Shown: piece by piece, positions 62,592 through 64,000 of the stretch | How the letters are laid out: every line of letters begins with the position of its first letter | Position numbering within the stretch: position 1 is the stretch's first letter | NCBI GenBank assembly: GCA_044338255.1 | Contig: JBIILZ010000002.1 | Location: forward strand, 23,043-87,042 | Length of the DNA: 64,000 nt | Source of the DNA: Planctomycetota bacterium | Lineage (GTDB): Bacteria > Planctomycetota > UBA11346 | Direction: 5' to 3' | Notes under the pieces: model-generated | The model's input: the letters and a program-made list of their open reading frames with translations, nothing else | What the model was told of the DNA's origin: nothing | Database searches by the model: none | Program-made: the position numbers and the translations under genes

Positions 62592-63416
62592 ATGGATCTT
62601 TTACTTGCGGCCAAGGCCGCCTTCTTGGGAGTGGTCGAAGGCCTGACCGAGTTCCTCCCCGTTTCTTCTACGGGACATCTGATCGTCGCCAGCGAACTCA
62701 TCGGATTCAAACATCCGATCAAAGAAGTCTTTGAGATCGTCATCCAGATGGGTGCGATCCTGGCCGTGGTCTGGTACTTCCGGGCCCGCTTGCTGCTCAA
62801 GCTGCAAGGCTTGCGCCACGATCCCGCCTGCCAGCGTTTCTGGCTCAACCTGGTGATCGCTTTCGTGCCCTTCGCGGTGGTTGGTCTGCTCTTCGGCAAA
62901 CATCTCAAAGCGTTGCTGTTTAATCCGCCGGTGGTCGCCGGCGCGCTTTGCCTGGGTGGCCTGGCGATTCTCGTCATTGAGCGTCTGCCCAAGCGCGAGC
63001 TGCATACCCGGGGTGAGGATCTACCGACCAAAACCGCCTTTTTTGTTGGGCTGTGCCAGATCCTGGCGTTGATCCCCGGGGTCTCGCGCTCGGGGGCGAC
63101 GATCATGGGCGGCCTGTGCCTGAACATCTCGCGCCCGGCTGCGACCGAGTTCAGCTTTTACCTTTCGATCCCGGTGCTGACTGCGGCCTCAGTCTATGAT
63201 CTGTGGAAGCATCGGCACGAAATCACCTCCGATGGTTATGGGCTCATCGGGGTTGGTTTCGTGGTCTCCTTCATCGTCGCTCTGGGCGTGATCCATTGGC
63301 TGATCCGCTATGTCGCGCATCATTCCTTCGTGATCTTCGGTTGGTATCGTTTGATCGTCGGCCTGGCGCTGGCTGCCGCCTGCGCCCTGGGCTGGACCGG
63401 CACTGGGGCCTTCTGA
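62592..63416 (+). CDS. uppP: undecaprenyl-diphosphate phosphatase
   Basis: GVVEGLTEFLPVSSTGHLIV...PGVSRSGATI... are BacA/UppP motifs. Confidence 0.93.
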   Translation: MDLLLAAKAAFLGVVEGLTEFLPVSSTGHLIVASELIGFKHPIKEVFEIVIQMGAILAVVWYFRARLLLKLQGLRHDPACQRFWLNLVIAFVPFAVVGLLFGKHLKALLFNPPVVAGALCLGGLAILVIERLPKRELHTRGEDLPTKTAFFVGLCQILALIPGVSRSGATIMGGLCLNISRPAATEFSFYLSIPVLTAASVYDLWKHRHEITSDGYGLIGVGFVVSFIVALGVIHWLIRYVAHHSFVIFGWYRLIVGLALAAACALGWTGTGAF

Positions 63417-63417
63417 G

Positions 63418-64000
63418 ATGCCACTAATCGTCCTTGAAGGTATCGACGGCTGCGGCAAATCGACGCAGATCGAACTCATTGCCGCCCGCCTCGGCGAACG
63501 CGGCATTCGCCATCGCCGGCTGCGCGAACCAGGCGGCACCGTGCTCGGCGAGCAGGTCCGCAACCTGTTGCTCGACAAGACCACCGAAGCCTGCCCCACG
63601 GCCGAGCTGTTCGGTTATCTCACGGCCCGCGCGCAGTTGTGCCATGCGGTGATCAAGCCGGCACTCAATCGCCAGGAAGTGGTCCTACTCGATCGTTTCT
63701 GGTATTCGACCATGGCCTATCAAGCCTACGGCCTGGGATTGGATGCGCAGCTCGTGCGGGCGGCCATCGAACTCGCCTTGGATGGCCTGCATGCCGACCT
63801 CGCGCTGTGGCTGCGCATCGCTCCGGAAGTCGCCCTCCAACGGCGGGCCGCCGCACGCGGCGAGGACCGCATCGAAGCCCGTGGGCTCGCCTATCAGCAG
63901 CGGGTCCATGATGGCTATTCGGTCTTGGCGGCGGCGGGCGAATTGCACGTCATCGACGCCGAACGCGATGCCGACACCATCTTCAACGAACTTTGGGCGG
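63418..64000 (+). CDS. tmk: thymidylate kinase (3' end beyond window)
   Basis: Not in the ORF track (no stop within the window). My translation from ATG 63418 gives MPLIVLEGIDGCGKSTQIELIAARL...REPGGT...DRFWYSTMAYQ... Open to position 64000. Confidence 0.9.
   Translation, partial: MPLIVLEGIDGCGKSTQIELIAARLGERGIRHRRLREPGGTVLGEQVRNLLLDKTTEACPTAELFGYLTARAQLCHAVIKPALNRQEVVLLDRFWYSTMAYQAYGLGLDAQLVRAAIELALDGLHADLALWLRIAPEVALQRRAAARGEDRIEARGLAYQQRVHDGYSVLAAAGELHVIDAERDADTIFNELWA

Overview
This is a visibly GC-rich chromosomal segment from a diderm (Gram-negative-type) bacterium. I cannot assign taxonomy from sequence alone. The mix of a TamB/Omp85 protein, LolCDE-like genes, a Gfo/Idh/MocA plus xylose-isomerase-like pair and CTERM-type sorting tails suggests an environmental lineage such as the PVC group. 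Most of the window is housekeeping: partial citrate synthase, gltBD, argC, hemB, pstSCAB, purD, uppP, tmk, two tRNAs, HU, an ABC transporter and sugar-modifying enzymes. Many long antisense ORFs in the track are artefacts of stop-poor GC-rich DNA. Seven things stand out. (1) A divergent gene cluster at 23.2-31.3 kb is built around an ArsS-type radical-SAM/Cys-rich protein and an ArsM-type methyltransferase, with the two 'rSAM/selenodomain-associated' transferases. It is expanded by a GT-C membrane glycosyltransferase-like protein, a secreted DUF547 protein and a flavoprotein-polyferredoxin membrane fusion. (2) A 1648-aa single ORF fuses a TamB-like protein to a POTRA/Omp85 barrel. (3) A decayed mosaic at 37.8-38.8 kb joins a pstB fragment head-to-tail to fragments of the TamB/Omp85 gene. 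This looks like a fossil duplication or circularisation junction of the interval carrying the rSAM cluster, and it ends exactly at a conserved hairpin element. (4) An archaeal-type NrpR-like (DUF128) regulator sits directly upstream of gltBD. (5) A CysO-like sulfur-carrier protein is translationally coupled to a radical-SAM-like protein that lacks the CX3CX2C motif. (6) There are several unusual intergenic repeat arrays: nested palindromes at 12.6-12.9 kb, a 12-mer array at 29.05 kb and a 17-mer x7 array in the HU leader. (7) There is a cheR-HK-RR-hybrid HK operon with no MCP or CheA. Low-GC islets hold a mazEF-type module, a small secreted protein plus OMP pair, and the catalytic half of an SGNH-IPTx3 surface protein.
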